A stretch of 64,000 nt of DNA from Candidatus Moraniibacteriota bacterium (GTDB lineage Bacteria; Patescibacteriota; Minisyncoccia; Moranbacterales; GCA-2747515). Below the pieces are notes generated by a model that saw nothing but the letters and a program-made list of their open reading frames with translations, was not told the DNA's origin and ran no database searches. Within the stretch, counting starts at the first letter, position 1; every line of letters begins with the position of its first letter. The position numbers were made by a program, and so were the translations under genes. The stretch spans positions 849 to 64,848 of the forward strand of contig JALVQA010000014.1 in assembly GCA_027031495.1 (NCBI GenBank). The letters are read 5' to 3'. This document shows positions 1 through 9,444 of the stretch, one piece after another.

Positions 1-266
1 TCCCAAAGCTCATGAAGACATGGTGGATAGGGATATTTTGCTAAGCTAGTGTGTTGACCATAGTAGTGTCTCATCCATCTTAGTTCATCTTGAGAATAGC
101 GCCATTTAGGAGGCCCGCATTTGATAGTATCACGCGGTACCCAAAAAATCCATAAGAGTTCACTAATCTCGCAATCGATTTCAGATATACGTAAATACTT
201 TACTATTTTGCGCGCAAAATCTGGATACATTACAAATGCTGCATTTTGTGTATGTGAATAATTCAT
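1..266 (-). CDS. Hypothetical protein, partial. Start codon is at 266 and the 3' end runs off the window edge.
   Basis: Minus-strand ATG at 266 preceded by an AAAGGAG Shine-Dalgarno (revcomp of 'ctcctttt' at ~271-278). Open frame continues to position 1. Not in the ORF track because no stop codon lies within the window. Confidence 0.35.
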   Translation of the reverse strand, partial: MNYSHTQNAAFVMYPDFARKIVKYLRISEIDCEISELLWIFWVPRDTIKCGPPKWRYSQDELRWMRHYYGQHTSLAKYPYPPCLHELW

Positions 267-367
267 GCTAATCTCCTTTTTCCTGTTTTTGAAAGAAACG
301 ATGTATCTTCAGTATAGGTGAAACAGTAATATTTTGCCAAGTGTGAATGGGCATAGATAGCGCTAAT

Positions 368-395
368 TTGACAAATTTTTGTATCGTGCTAGAAT
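368..395 (+). promoter_or_regulatory. Sigma70-like promoter upstream of rpoB. TTGACA at 368-373, 16-nt spacer, TAGAAT at 390-395.
   Basis: Near-consensus -35/-10 hexamers read directly. Sits ~280 nt upstream of the rpoB start. Confidence 0.4.
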
Positions 396-675
396 GAGTC
401 TATCACGAATTAGGAAAGAGATTTACTTCTTTATAGGGCATTGTTTTGCATCAGATCTGTTTCTGTGCAAAACGAGAGAAATGACACGCACGTGGCAAAA
501 ATCTCACGTCACAATGTGAAAGACAATTAACTTATCCCACTTGTAGAGATTACAGCGGGCTTTTTTGTGCTTGTCAGAGTTTTCTTGCTCTCTTCGTAAA
601 ATTAATGTTGCGTAGAGAGTGGGGAAACTCTGTGTAAACGGTAATCTGTACAATAACGTAATACATATCTGCACT

Positions 676-3600
676 ATGCAAGAAAAGACTCTCAAGGTCC
701 GCACACGCTTTAGCGGCCATTCGTCACTGACGAAACGTAAATTTTTTGGGAAGCGTATTATGGTATCGCTTCCAAATCTTATCGAATCCCAGTTGAAAAG
801 CCATAGGTGGTTCCTTGAAAAGGGACTTCAAGAACTTCTTGATGAGGTAAACCCGATCAAGGATTTTACGGGAAAAGATCTGGAGCTTTCAATTGTTGAT
901 TACTATCTCGATGAACCGAAGTGTGATGAGCGAACGGCGAAAGATAAAAATATTTCTTATGAAGCGCCGTTGCGCGCAAAAGCACGTCTGACTCTCAAGA
1001 AAACTGGTGAAGTAAAGGAGCAAGAGATTTATCTGTGCGATTTTCCACTCATGACGCCGCGCGGTACATACATCATTAACGGTGTCGAGCGTGTTGTTGT
1101 AAGTCAGTTAGTGCGTAGTGCCGGTGTATTCTTCACAATGGAATATCAAAAAGGGCAGAAACTTTTTGGTGCAAAGGTAATTCCAAATCGTGGTGCATGG
1201 ATTGAGATTGATACCGATATCTCAGGCGTGATTTCTGTTAAAATTGACCGTAAGCGTAAAATTCCTGTGACAGCGCTGTTGCGTGCTTTTGGTTATGAGA
1301 CAAATGATGCAATTGAGAAGCTATTTAGTGATGTTGATACTGATGATAAGCGCTATATTGCAGAGACACTTGCAAAGGATATAACGACAAATCAAGGCGA
1401 AGCATACCTTGAGATTTACAGACGTTTGCGTCCGGGTGACCTTGCAACAGATGAGAACGCGCGTCAAATGATTAATAGCATGTTCTTTTCATTTGATCGC
1501 TACGATGTCGGCGCGGTCGGTCGCTACCGTCTCAATCAACGCCTCAATGTTGACTTGCCAAATAATGAGGAAGGACGTGTTTTAAATATTACGGATTTTG
1601 TGGCGATTGTACGTGAGATTATTCGTATGAATAACGATCCGCACGCTGTTGCTGATGATATTGATCATTTAGGTAATCGTCGTGTGCGTGGTGTAGGTGA
1701 GCTTGTGCAAAATAAGATGCGCGTTGGTTTCGCACGCATGGTGCGCAATATTCGTGATCGTATGAGTACATGTGATAAAACGACAGTCGTGCCGGGACAA
1801 CTCATAAACTCCCGACCTGTTGCGGCAACAGTCAAGGAGTTTTTCTCAAGCTCACAGCTTTCACAGTTCATGGATCAGGTCAACCCTCTTGCAGAATTGG
1901 AGCATAAGCGCCGCCTCAGTGCACTTGGTCCTGGTGGCCTGACGCGTGAACGTGCCGGCTTTGAAGTACGTGATGTTCATCATTCTCATTATGGTCGTAT
2001 CTGTCCTGTGCAGACGCCGGAAGGTCCAAATATTGGTTTGGTTGGGCATATGGCAACATATGCGCGCATAAATGATTATGGCTTTCTTGAAACGCCGTAC
2101 TTACCGGTGCTGCATGAAGTAGAGCCAACGCAAAAGGCGTTGAAGGGACGTATTCTTGCAGAGGATGTTGGTGGCATAAAAGAAGGCACACTTGTTGATG
2201 ATAAAAATGTGGCGACTGTTGCAGCGACAGCGAAGAAAATGGGGAAAGAAACCGTAAAGGTTGTGCCTTTTGTAGGAGATGAAATTACATATATCAATGC
2301 AACTGTAGAGGATCGTATGACAATTGCTCACGCCGGTGTTGCACTTGATGATAATCGTAACTTTACGACAAAGATGGTTGGTGCGCGTGCAAAAGGGCAT
2401 CCTGGTATGGTATCGGCTACCGATGTTAATTATATTGATGTATCGCCAAAACAGTGCATTTCTGTCGCAACATCATTGATTCCTTTCCTTGAGCATGATG
2501 ACGCAAACCGCGCATTGATGGGATCAAACATGCAACGACAGGCAGTGAGTTGCATCAAGCCACAGACACCGTTAGTTGGTACGGGTATTGAAGATAAGGC
2601 AGCTGCCGATTCCGGTCAGGTTGTTCTTGCGGAAAATGATGGTGAGGTTGTTGAGATTGACAGCATGCATATCGTTGTTAAGGAAAAAGCGCCTGCCGGT
2701 GCAAAGGCAAAGACATTTAAACGTGTGTATCGTCTGCAGAGTTTTGTGCGCTCTAATACGATGACAAGTATGAATCAAGTGCCACGTGTGCAGAAAGGGC
2801 AGATGGTAAAGAAGGGTGACCTACTTGCCGACGGTGCATCAACGGATCATGGTGAACTTGCGCTGGGGCAAAATATTCTTGTGGCCTTTATGCCGTGGCA
2901 AGGATATAACTTTGAAGATGCGATTATCATTTCTGAAGATGTGCTGCAAAATGATCGCTATACATCTATTCATATTGAAGACTTTACATTAGATGTGCGT
3001 GACACAAAGTTGGGACCGGAAGTGGTAACACGCGACATCCCTAATATTGGTGAGGATCGTCTTAAAGATCTTGATGAAGATGGTATCATTCGCATCGGTG
3101 CGGAAGTTTCCAGCGGTGCAATTCTTGTTGGAAAGATTACGCCGAAAGGTGAAGGTGATCTTACTGCAGAGGAGCGTCTGTTGCGTGCGATCTTTGGTGA
3201 GAAGGCACGTGATGTGAAGGACTCATCACTCTATTTGCCACATGGTGAGAATGGTAAGGTTGTAGATGTTAAAATTTTCTCTCGTGAGCAAGGTGATCGC
3301 TTGCCAACCGGTGTTGTGAAGCAAATTCAGGTGTCAATTGCACAGTTGCGCAAAATTTCCGTTGGCGACAAGCTTGCCGGTCGCCATGGTAATAAAGGTG
3401 TGATTTCACGTATTGCACCACGTGAAGATATGCCATACTTGCCGGACGGCACACCGGTTGATATGATCCTAAACCCGCTCGGTGTTGCTTCTCGTATGAA
3501 TATTGGTCAGATTCTGGAAACGCATATCGGATGGGCAGCACGTGAGCTTGGGTACACGGTAGCATCACCGGCACTTGATGGTATTAGCGAAGATGATATT

Positions 3601-4104
3601 CGTGCTGAGTTGAAAGCGGCCGGTTTGCCGGAATCAGGGAAGATTCGCCTGATTGATGGGCGCACGGGTGAACAGTATGACAATCCATCAACAGTTGGTG
3701 TGATGTATGTCATGAAGCTTAATCACTTAGTAGATGATAAACTGCACATGCGTTCTATCGGACCATATTCGTTGATTACACAGCAACCCCTCGGTGGTAA
3801 GGCGCAACATGGTGGTCAGCGCTTTGGAGAAATGGAAGTGTGGGCACTTGAAGGCTATGGTGCAGCACATACACTGCAAGAGATTATTACAATTAAGTCC
3901 GATGATGTTGTTGGTCGCTCACGTGCCTATGAATCAATTATTAAGGGTGAATCAATCAAGAGCCCGAACTTGCCGGCATCATTCTACGTGCTTGTGAGTG
4001 AACTGAAGGGTCTGTGTTTGGATGTTGAACTTATACATAATAATAAACCAGTTGTAGCTGTTCGTTCAGCAGATGATGCTGATGACAGTCGTAACCGGTC
4101 GTAA
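676..4104 (+). CDS. rpoB: DNA-directed RNA polymerase subunit beta.
   Basis: Continuous 1161-aa ORF with hallmark RpoB segments (FGK..LPNLIE.Q..S, GPGGLTRERAGFEVRDVHHSHYGRICPVQTPEGPNIGL, NMQRQAVS, KLAGRHGNKGV, GGQRFGEMEVWALE). ATG at 676 chosen. The ORF track starts at a GTG at 619, so the alternative is 619..4104. Confidence 0.96.
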   Translation: MQEKTLKVRTRFSGHSSLTKRKFFGKRIMVSLPNLIESQLKSHRWFLEKGLQELLDEVNPIKDFTGKDLELSIVDYYLDEPKCDERTAKDKNISYEAPLRAKARLTLKKTGEVKEQEIYLCDFPLMTPRGTYIINGVERVVVSQLVRSAGVFFTMEYQKGQKLFGAKVIPNRGAWIEIDTDISGVISVKIDRKRKIPVTALLRAFGYETNDAIEKLFSDVDTDDKRYIAETLAKDITTNQGEAYLEIYRRLRPGDLATDENARQMINSMFFSFDRYDVGAVGRYRLNQRLNVDLPNNEEGRVLNITDFVAIVREIIRMNNDPHAVADDIDHLGNRRVRGVGELVQNKMRVGFARMVRNIRDRMSTCDKTTVVPGQLINSRPVAATVKEFFSSSQLSQFMDQVNPLAELEHKRRLSALGPGGLTRERAGFEVRDVHHSHYGRICPVQTPEGPNIGLVGHMATYARINDYGFLETPYLPVLHEVEPTQKALKGRILAEDVGGIKEGTLVDDKNVATVAATAKKMGKETVKVVPFVGDEITYINATVEDRMTIAHAGVALDDNRNFTTKMVGARAKGHPGMVSATDVNYIDVSPKQCISVATSLIPFLEHDDANRALMGSNMQRQAVSCIKPQTPLVGTGIEDKAAADSGQVVLAENDGEVVEIDSMHIVVKEKAPAGAKAKTFKRVYRLQSFVRSNTMTSMNQVPRVQKGQMVKKGDLLADGASTDHGELALGQNILVAFMPWQGYNFEDAIIISEDVLQNDRYTSIHIEDFTLDVRDTKLGPEVVTRDIPNIGEDRLKDLDEDGIIRIGAEVSSGAILVGKITPKGEGDLTAEERLLRAIFGEKARDVKDSSLYLPHGENGKVVDVKIFSREQGDRLPTGVVKQIQVSIAQLRKISVGDKLAGRHGNKGVISRIAPREDMPYLPDGTPVDMILNPLGVASRMNIGQILETHIGWAARELGYTVASPALDGISEDDIRAELKAAGLPESGKIRLIDGRTGEQYDNPSTVGVMYVMKLNHLVDDKLHMRSIGPYSLITQQPLGGKAQHGGQRFGEMEVWALEGYGAAHTLQEIITIKSDDVVGRSRAYESIIKGESIKSPNLPASFYVLVSELKGLCLDVELIHNNKPVVAVRSADDADDSRNRS

Positions 4105-4125
4105 TTCACTTTAAAATATATAAAT

Positions 4126-7100
4126 ATGATGGAAAATAGTCTTAAAGTAAGTGATTTCGACAGCGTACGGTTACGCTTGGCTTCACCGGAAGATATTATC
4201 AACTGGTCAAGTGGCGAAGTCACAAAGCCTGAAACAATTAACTATCGTACGCAGCGCTATGAGATGGATGGTCTTTTTTGTGAAAAGATTTTCGGACCAT
4301 CAAAAGATTGGGAGTGTTACTGCGGTAAATACAAGCGCATTCGTTACAAAGGTATCGTCTGCGATAAGTGTGGCGTTGAAGTAACAAAGAGTTCTGTGCG
4401 TCGTGAGCGCATGGGGCATATTGCGCTTGCTGCGCCGGTAAGTCATATTTGGTTCTTGCGTAATGTGCCAAGTAAAATTGGTCTTGCACTTGATATTCCG
4501 CTCGGTGAAGTAGAGCGTGTAATTTACTTTTCTGCGTATATTGTGACACATGTTGACGAAGAGGCGCGTGCACGCGTGCTCAAGCAGCTGTCACATGAAT
4601 ACAAAGCAAAGCGAAAAGAGATTGAAGATGGTGGCGGCTCCACAAAAGCACTGGAAGAGTTGGAAGAAGCGTTTAAAACTGCAAAAGAAGAGTTAAAGAG
4701 TTTGCGCAAATTTATGACGCTCTCCGAAGTAAAGTACTTTAGCTTGTCGCAGCAGTTTGCACAAGTCTTTACTGCCGGTATCGGTGCTGAGGTTATTCGC
4801 GCGCTTTTGGAAGAGATGGATGTTGATGCTGAAATTACACGTTTGCAAGATGCGCTTGAAAACGTAAAAGGCGCCGGTGATCGCAAGAAGATGTTAAAGC
4901 GCTTGAAGTTCCTGCAAGGTACGGTAAAAGCCGGTGTACGTCTTGAGTGGATGTTGCCAACAGTGATTCCTGTGATTCCGCCGGATTTGCGACCGATGGT
5001 TGCTCTGGATGGCGGTCGCTTTGCAACATCTGATCTTAACGATCTTTACCGTCGTATCATCAATAGAAATAACCGTCTTAAGAAATTGCAAAGTCTCGGT
5101 GCGCCAGAAGTGATTACGCGTAATGAAAAGCGTATGTTGCAGGAGGCGGTTGACGCACTCTTTGACAATTCAGCGCGTCGTGGACAGGCTTCTGTTTCAG
5201 CAAGTACGGGACAGCGTCGTGCGTTGCGCTCGCTTGCTGACTCTCTTAAGGGTAAGCAGGGACGCTTCCGCCAAAACTTGCTCGGAAAGCGTGTTGATTA
5301 TTCCGGGCGTAGCGTAATCGTTGTAGGACCAAATCTTCAGCTGCACCAAGTTGGTATTCCAAAGAAGATGGGTCTGGAGCTTTTCAAGCCGTTTATTATC
5401 AATAAGTTGATTGAGCGCGATCTTGCACATAATGTGCGTACAGCTGGTCGTATGGTTGATAACGAAGTGGAGGAAGCGTATGCTATCCTTGAAGAAATTA
5501 TCGCTGATCATTACGTACTCCTTAATCGTGCGCCAACCCTTCACCGTCTTTCAATTCAGGCATTCCAGCCTGTGTTAATTGAGGGTAAGGCAATTCGTCT
5601 CCATCCAATGGTGTGTGCTGCGTTCAATGCCGACTTCGACGGTGATCAGATGGCTGTACATGTGCCATTGACAGATCAAGCGCGATGGGAAAGTGAGAAT
5701 CTCATGCTCTCGCGCAAAAACTTACTCAAGCCATCCAGTGGTGATCCAATCATGTCACCGTCTCTTGATGTTGTGCTTGGTATTTATTATTTGACGCACA
5801 TGAAGGATGGTGCGAAGGGTGAGGGACGCATGTTCGCTGATATGGATGAGGTTATCCTTGCATATGATAATGGCATGGTAGCGGTTAATGCGAAAGTTAA
5901 ACTTCTATGGGATGGTGAAGTTATCGAAACATCTGCCGGACGTGTTATCCTGAACAATATTTTGCCAGAGGAGATGCGCTATGTGAATAAGGAGATGACA
6001 AAGAAAGAATTGCGTGAACTTGTTGCGCAATGTCTTGCAACGTTGGGACCTGAAGTAACAGCCGATTTTGTTGATCGCATCAAGGACCTTGGTTTTGCCG
6101 GTGTGTCAAAATCCGGTATTAGTTGGGGTATGGCAGATTTGCATGTTCCGAGTGAGAAAGAGACGATTCTTAAAAAAGCTGAAGAAAAAGTTAGCAAAAT
6201 TACAGAACAGTACAACATGGGTCTGTTAACTGATGCTGAGCGCAAAAACCAGTCTATTGAAGTATGGAATGAAGCAAAAAATGCCATTACGGAAGTTGTA
6301 CGTGAAAGTATTGATAAAGAGGGTCCTGTTTACGCTATGGTGTACTCAAAAGCGCGTGGTAGCGAATCTGTCGTTGTGCAGATGATGGGTATGAAAGGTT
6401 TGATGGCCGGTGCAACCGGTGAGACGATTGAATTGCCGGTGCGTAGTTCATACAAGGAGGGTCTTAACGTGTTGGAGTACTTTATCTCAACACACGGCGC
6501 ACGTAAAGGTATGGCTGATACGGCATTGCGTACGGCAACAGCCGGCTACTTGACGCGTCGCCTCGTTGATGTATCACAGGATGTCATTGTGCGTGAGGTT
6601 GATTGCGGTACGGGTGAGAGTGCTGTTGTTTATCGTGAGGATGCCGAGAGTGTCGGGCAGACACTAGCTGATCATATTGTTGGACGCACACTGGCGGAGA
6701 CGATTAAAGATGCTAACGGTACGGTTGTTTGTCGCAAGGGGACACTTCTTTCTGAAGAGCAAGCTGCTGCAATAGACGCGACGGGTATTGATAAGGTGCG
6801 TATCTATTCTGTTGTGACGTGTCAGACGCGACGTGGTGTATGTCAGAAGTGTTATGGTATGGATCTTGGACGTAATGTGCCGGTGCAACCTGGCTCAACA
6901 GTTGGTATCGTTGCTGCACAGGCAATTGGTGAACCTGGTACGCAGTTGACGATGCGCACATTCCATATCGGTGGTGTTGCCGGCAGTGATATTACGCAAG
7001 GTCTTCCACGTGTTGAGGAGATCTTTGAGGCACGTCCGCCAAAGGGTGAGGCCGCTATCTGCGAAGTTGCCGGTAAAGTCGTAAAGATTGACTCGACAGA

Positions 7101-7815
7101 GGGTGCAAAGACAGCAGCAATTACAATTGAGAGTGATGATGCGGAAAAAACAGTCAAGACTTATCACGTGCCGGCAAATTCAACACTGCGTGTAGCAGAA
7201 GGTGATCTTGTGCCGAAGGGCGCGCAACTTAATGATGGTCATATTGACTTGAAGAAATTGTATGCCACAATGGGGCGTGAAGAATTGCACCGTTACATCG
7301 TACGTGAGATTCAAGATGTATATGCTTCGCAGGGTGAGATGATTAACGATAAGCACATCGAAGTTATTGTCAAACAGATGCTTTCACGTATGACGGTGAT
7401 TGAGCCGGGTGATACAACACTCTTGCCGGGTGATATCGTAGAGCGTGATGAGTTCCTTGATGCGAATGAAGAAGTGGAGCGTACAGGTGGGCAAAAAGCA
7501 ACCGGTGAGCCGATGCTTCTTGGTATTACGAAAGTTTCTCTTACAACGGAATCTTTCCTCTCAGCAGCATCCTTCCAGGAGACAGCGCGTGTCTTGATTA
7601 ACGCGGCGATGACCGGTAAAGAAGACAAACTTCAGGGACTTAAGGAGAATGTGATTATCGGACGCTTGATTCCTGCCGGTACCGGTTTTCGTGGTAACGG
7701 CGCAAAGAGCCCTATTCCGGCTGATCAAAATGTAACCGATAGTGAAATTGATGCACGTCGTGAAGAGGTACGTCGCACCGCAATGAATGAGCCACAAGAT
7801 GGTGCGATAGAGTGA
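4126..7815 (+). CDS. rpoC: DNA-directed RNA polymerase subunit beta'.
   Basis: 1229-aa ORF immediately downstream of rpoB. Zinc-finger Cys motif (CYCGKYK...CDKCGVE), catalytic NADFDGDQM motif and trigger-loop region are all recognisable. Confidence 0.96.
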   Translation: MMENSLKVSDFDSVRLRLASPEDIINWSSGEVTKPETINYRTQRYEMDGLFCEKIFGPSKDWECYCGKYKRIRYKGIVCDKCGVEVTKSSVRRERMGHIALAAPVSHIWFLRNVPSKIGLALDIPLGEVERVIYFSAYIVTHVDEEARARVLKQLSHEYKAKRKEIEDGGGSTKALEELEEAFKTAKEELKSLRKFMTLSEVKYFSLSQQFAQVFTAGIGAEVIRALLEEMDVDAEITRLQDALENVKGAGDRKKMLKRLKFLQGTVKAGVRLEWMLPTVIPVIPPDLRPMVALDGGRFATSDLNDLYRRIINRNNRLKKLQSLGAPEVITRNEKRMLQEAVDALFDNSARRGQASVSASTGQRRALRSLADSLKGKQGRFRQNLLGKRVDYSGRSVIVVGPNLQLHQVGIPKKMGLELFKPFIINKLIERDLAHNVRTAGRMVDNEVEEAYAILEEIIADHYVLLNRAPTLHRLSIQAFQPVLIEGKAIRLHPMVCAAFNADFDGDQMAVHVPLTDQARWESENLMLSRKNLLKPSSGDPIMSPSLDVVLGIYYLTHMKDGAKGEGRMFADMDEVILAYDNGMVAVNAKVKLLWDGEVIETSAGRVILNNILPEEMRYVNKEMTKKELRELVAQCLATLGPEVTADFVDRIKDLGFAGVSKSGISWGMADLHVPSEKETILKKAEEKVSKITEQYNMGLLTDAERKNQSIEVWNEAKNAITEVVRESIDKEGPVYAMVYSKARGSESVVVQMMGMKGLMAGATGETIELPVRSSYKEGLNVLEYFISTHGARKGMADTALRTATAGYLTRRLVDVSQDVIVREVDCGTGESAVVYREDAESVGQTLADHIVGRTLAETIKDANGTVVCRKGTLLSEEQAAAIDATGIDKVRIYSVVTCQTRRGVCQKCYGMDLGRNVPVQPGSTVGIVAAQAIGEPGTQLTMRTFHIGGVAGSDITQGLPRVEEIFEARPPKGEAAICEVAGKVVKIDSTEGAKTAAITIESDDAEKTVKTYHVPANSTLRVAEGDLVPKGAQLNDGHIDLKKLYATMGREELHRYIVREIQDVYASQGEMINDKHIEVIVKQMLSRMTVIEPGDTTLLPGDIVERDEFLDANEEVERTGGQKATGEPMLLGITKVSLTTESFLSAASFQETARVLINAAMTGKEDKLQGLKENVIIGRLIPAGTGFRGNGAKSPIPADQNVTDSEIDARREEVRRTAMNEPQDGAIE

Positions 7816-7858
7816 TAGTCTAAAAAAGTGTACAATCTTCGTGTAGAGTATATAAAAA

Positions 7859-7882
7859 CCCCTCAAATGAGGGGTTTTTATT
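7859..7882 (+). terminator. Rho-independent terminator after rpoC.
   Basis: CCCCTC-AAAT-GAGGGG hairpin followed by TTTTTATT, 44 nt after the rpoC stop. Confidence 0.7.
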
Positions 7883-8070
7883 GATGTTTTACGTGATGTA
7901 TGTATATTGACAAATGTTAAAATATATGTTAGTATCGCGGTGCGTATGCAGTACGACTCATATCGTGAAATGGAGTTTCTGTTGAACTTTCCCGTTATAA
8001 AAATTCAACTTTTTATTCTGACTATAAAATTTGTTGTAGTCAGATAGAAAATATTCATTGGAAAATCAAG

Positions 8071-8118
8071 CTATGTTGAGAATAAAGTATTTTTAAGAAT
8101 ATTTTATTCTCAACATAG
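8071..8118. repeat. Perfect 16-bp inverted repeat (CTATGTTGAGAATAAA ... TTTATTCTCAACATAG) with a 16-nt loop, at the left edge of the compositionally foreign region.
   Basis: Read directly. Reverse complement of 8071-8086 equals 8103-8118. Confidence 0.7.
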
Positions 8119-8182
8119 TGTTGGGAACTTCGGGCTATACGCTTGGAGTAAATTTTTTTGCCCCAGTGGGGCAGGAGGACAC

Positions 8183-9002
8183 AATGTGTATTTTCAAATT
8201 TTTTTCTTTTTTTTCTTCCAAAAAAGTCGAGACTGATCCTCAGAAAGTAGAGGCTCAGTCTCAACAGAAAAATAGGAAAAAACCTTCTTTCCTCTTTCCT
8301 GAAACCTTCAAGAAGTATGAAGAATTCTTGAGGGAGGCCGCGGAAATCAATGACGCGGCCAAGAAAAAGAGGAGAGATGAGCTCCTCAAGAAAAAAAGAG
8401 AAAAAGAAGAGAGGCTCCGGCTGGCAAAGGAGGTGCTGGCTAAGGCCCATGAGGGTCTTAACAACGAGATGCCGGCCCTTGCCGAACTGGCAAGGAGACG
8501 GCATGAAAAGCTGGAGAAGGAAATCCGGCTCTTGGAGAAGGAAATCCGGGAGCTGGATGAAAAACTCCTCGCCCTGCCGGAGGAGGATGAAATCCCAGAC
8601 ATCTTCTCATGGGCTGAGAAAAAGGCCCGGAAAGAGGAACTCTGGGAAATCGTCCGGAACGGGGAACGCCTGACCTCATGGGAAAGCGTTACCGTATGGA
8701 AGGAATATCCTCCTACCGGATCGGTTAAAAAGGCGGATATCTTTTTTTACCGGGAAAGGTATTTCCTGGTAAATCAAAAAGTAATAACGAATATTAATCC
8801 GACCGGCAAAACAAGGGAGAATAAGAAGATGCCGGCCGATATATACAAGGCGGCGGGGTTGATCGAATACCAAGAGAGTGAGTATTTGATCGAGTACCTC
8901 GAACCCGTCGCCATGCTCTGGGGAACGGATTCCCCGGAACAAATGAGCATGGACCAACTGGAGCTGATTGAAGAACATCAGCAACAGTTGGTCTCATCAT
9001 AA
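8183..9002 (+). CDS. Hypothetical coiled-coil protein, 273 aa, Lys/Glu/Arg-rich. Compositionally foreign: GC ~55-60% with GAG/AAG/CTG/CGG codon bias, unlike its flanks.
   Basis: Strong AGGAGG Shine-Dalgarno 7 nt upstream of the ATG at 8183. The ORF track starts at 8118 but there is no RBS there. Heptad-like EKEIRLLEKEIRELDEKL tandem segment. Abrupt GC and codon-usage shift relative to rpoC. Confidence 0.6.
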
Positions 9003-9109
9003 CTCTCCCTTTCGCAACCGAGATAGCGAAGTAAAATAAACTCGGCCCGGTGCCTGTGTAGTGCAGGCGCCGGGAGGTTTGGGAAGATTGATTCTTAATT
9101 CTTAATTTT

Positions 9110-9147
9110 GGACGAGCCATGTTATTTAGCGCTCGTCCCATTTTTTG
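9110..9147 (+). terminator. Rho-independent terminator after the coiled-coil gene.
   Basis: GGACGAGC-(13 nt)-GCTCGTCC hairpin followed by CATTTTTTGAG. Confidence 0.55.
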
Positions 9148-9444
9148 AGTAGTGCAGTACAATACGCTGGAATACTCAAAAAGATGAACAGGTTCTTTGA
9201 AAATCCTCCCTCCTTTTTTATATGTGGCGCTGTGAGTGTATGTATCCAGTATATACACGTACCCAGAGCGCCACTCGTAAGCGGGTGGTGAGAATTTAAG
9301 TAATCTCACTTTTACCTTAACTTCTGATCTGCAGGAGGTGTTTTAAGAGGTAGATGTGAGATAATTTTTTTCAGGGCGCCAGGCCCCTCCGCCACGCTTT
9401 CATGGGCGTGGAGCAGACGGAGTAGACACCCAAGGAGGTGTAAC

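Noticed and set aside
1665-3713. Multiple 60-100-aa minus-strand ORFs inside rpoB.
   Set aside because: Antisense to a highly conserved, clearly coding gene. No RBS and no conservation logic. These are frame artefacts.
4151-7866. Numerous short ORFs on both strands inside rpoC.
   Set aside because: Embedded in, or antisense to, rpoC. They are spurious.
8261-8984. ORFs 8261-8602 (-), 8350-8673 (+), 8458-8679 (-) and 8676-8984 (-) within the GC-rich coiled-coil gene.
   Set aside because: Alternative frames of a GC-rich region. Their low-complexity Ser/Arg-rich translations are typical of out-of-frame reading. The AGGAGG-supported frame at 8183 is preferred.
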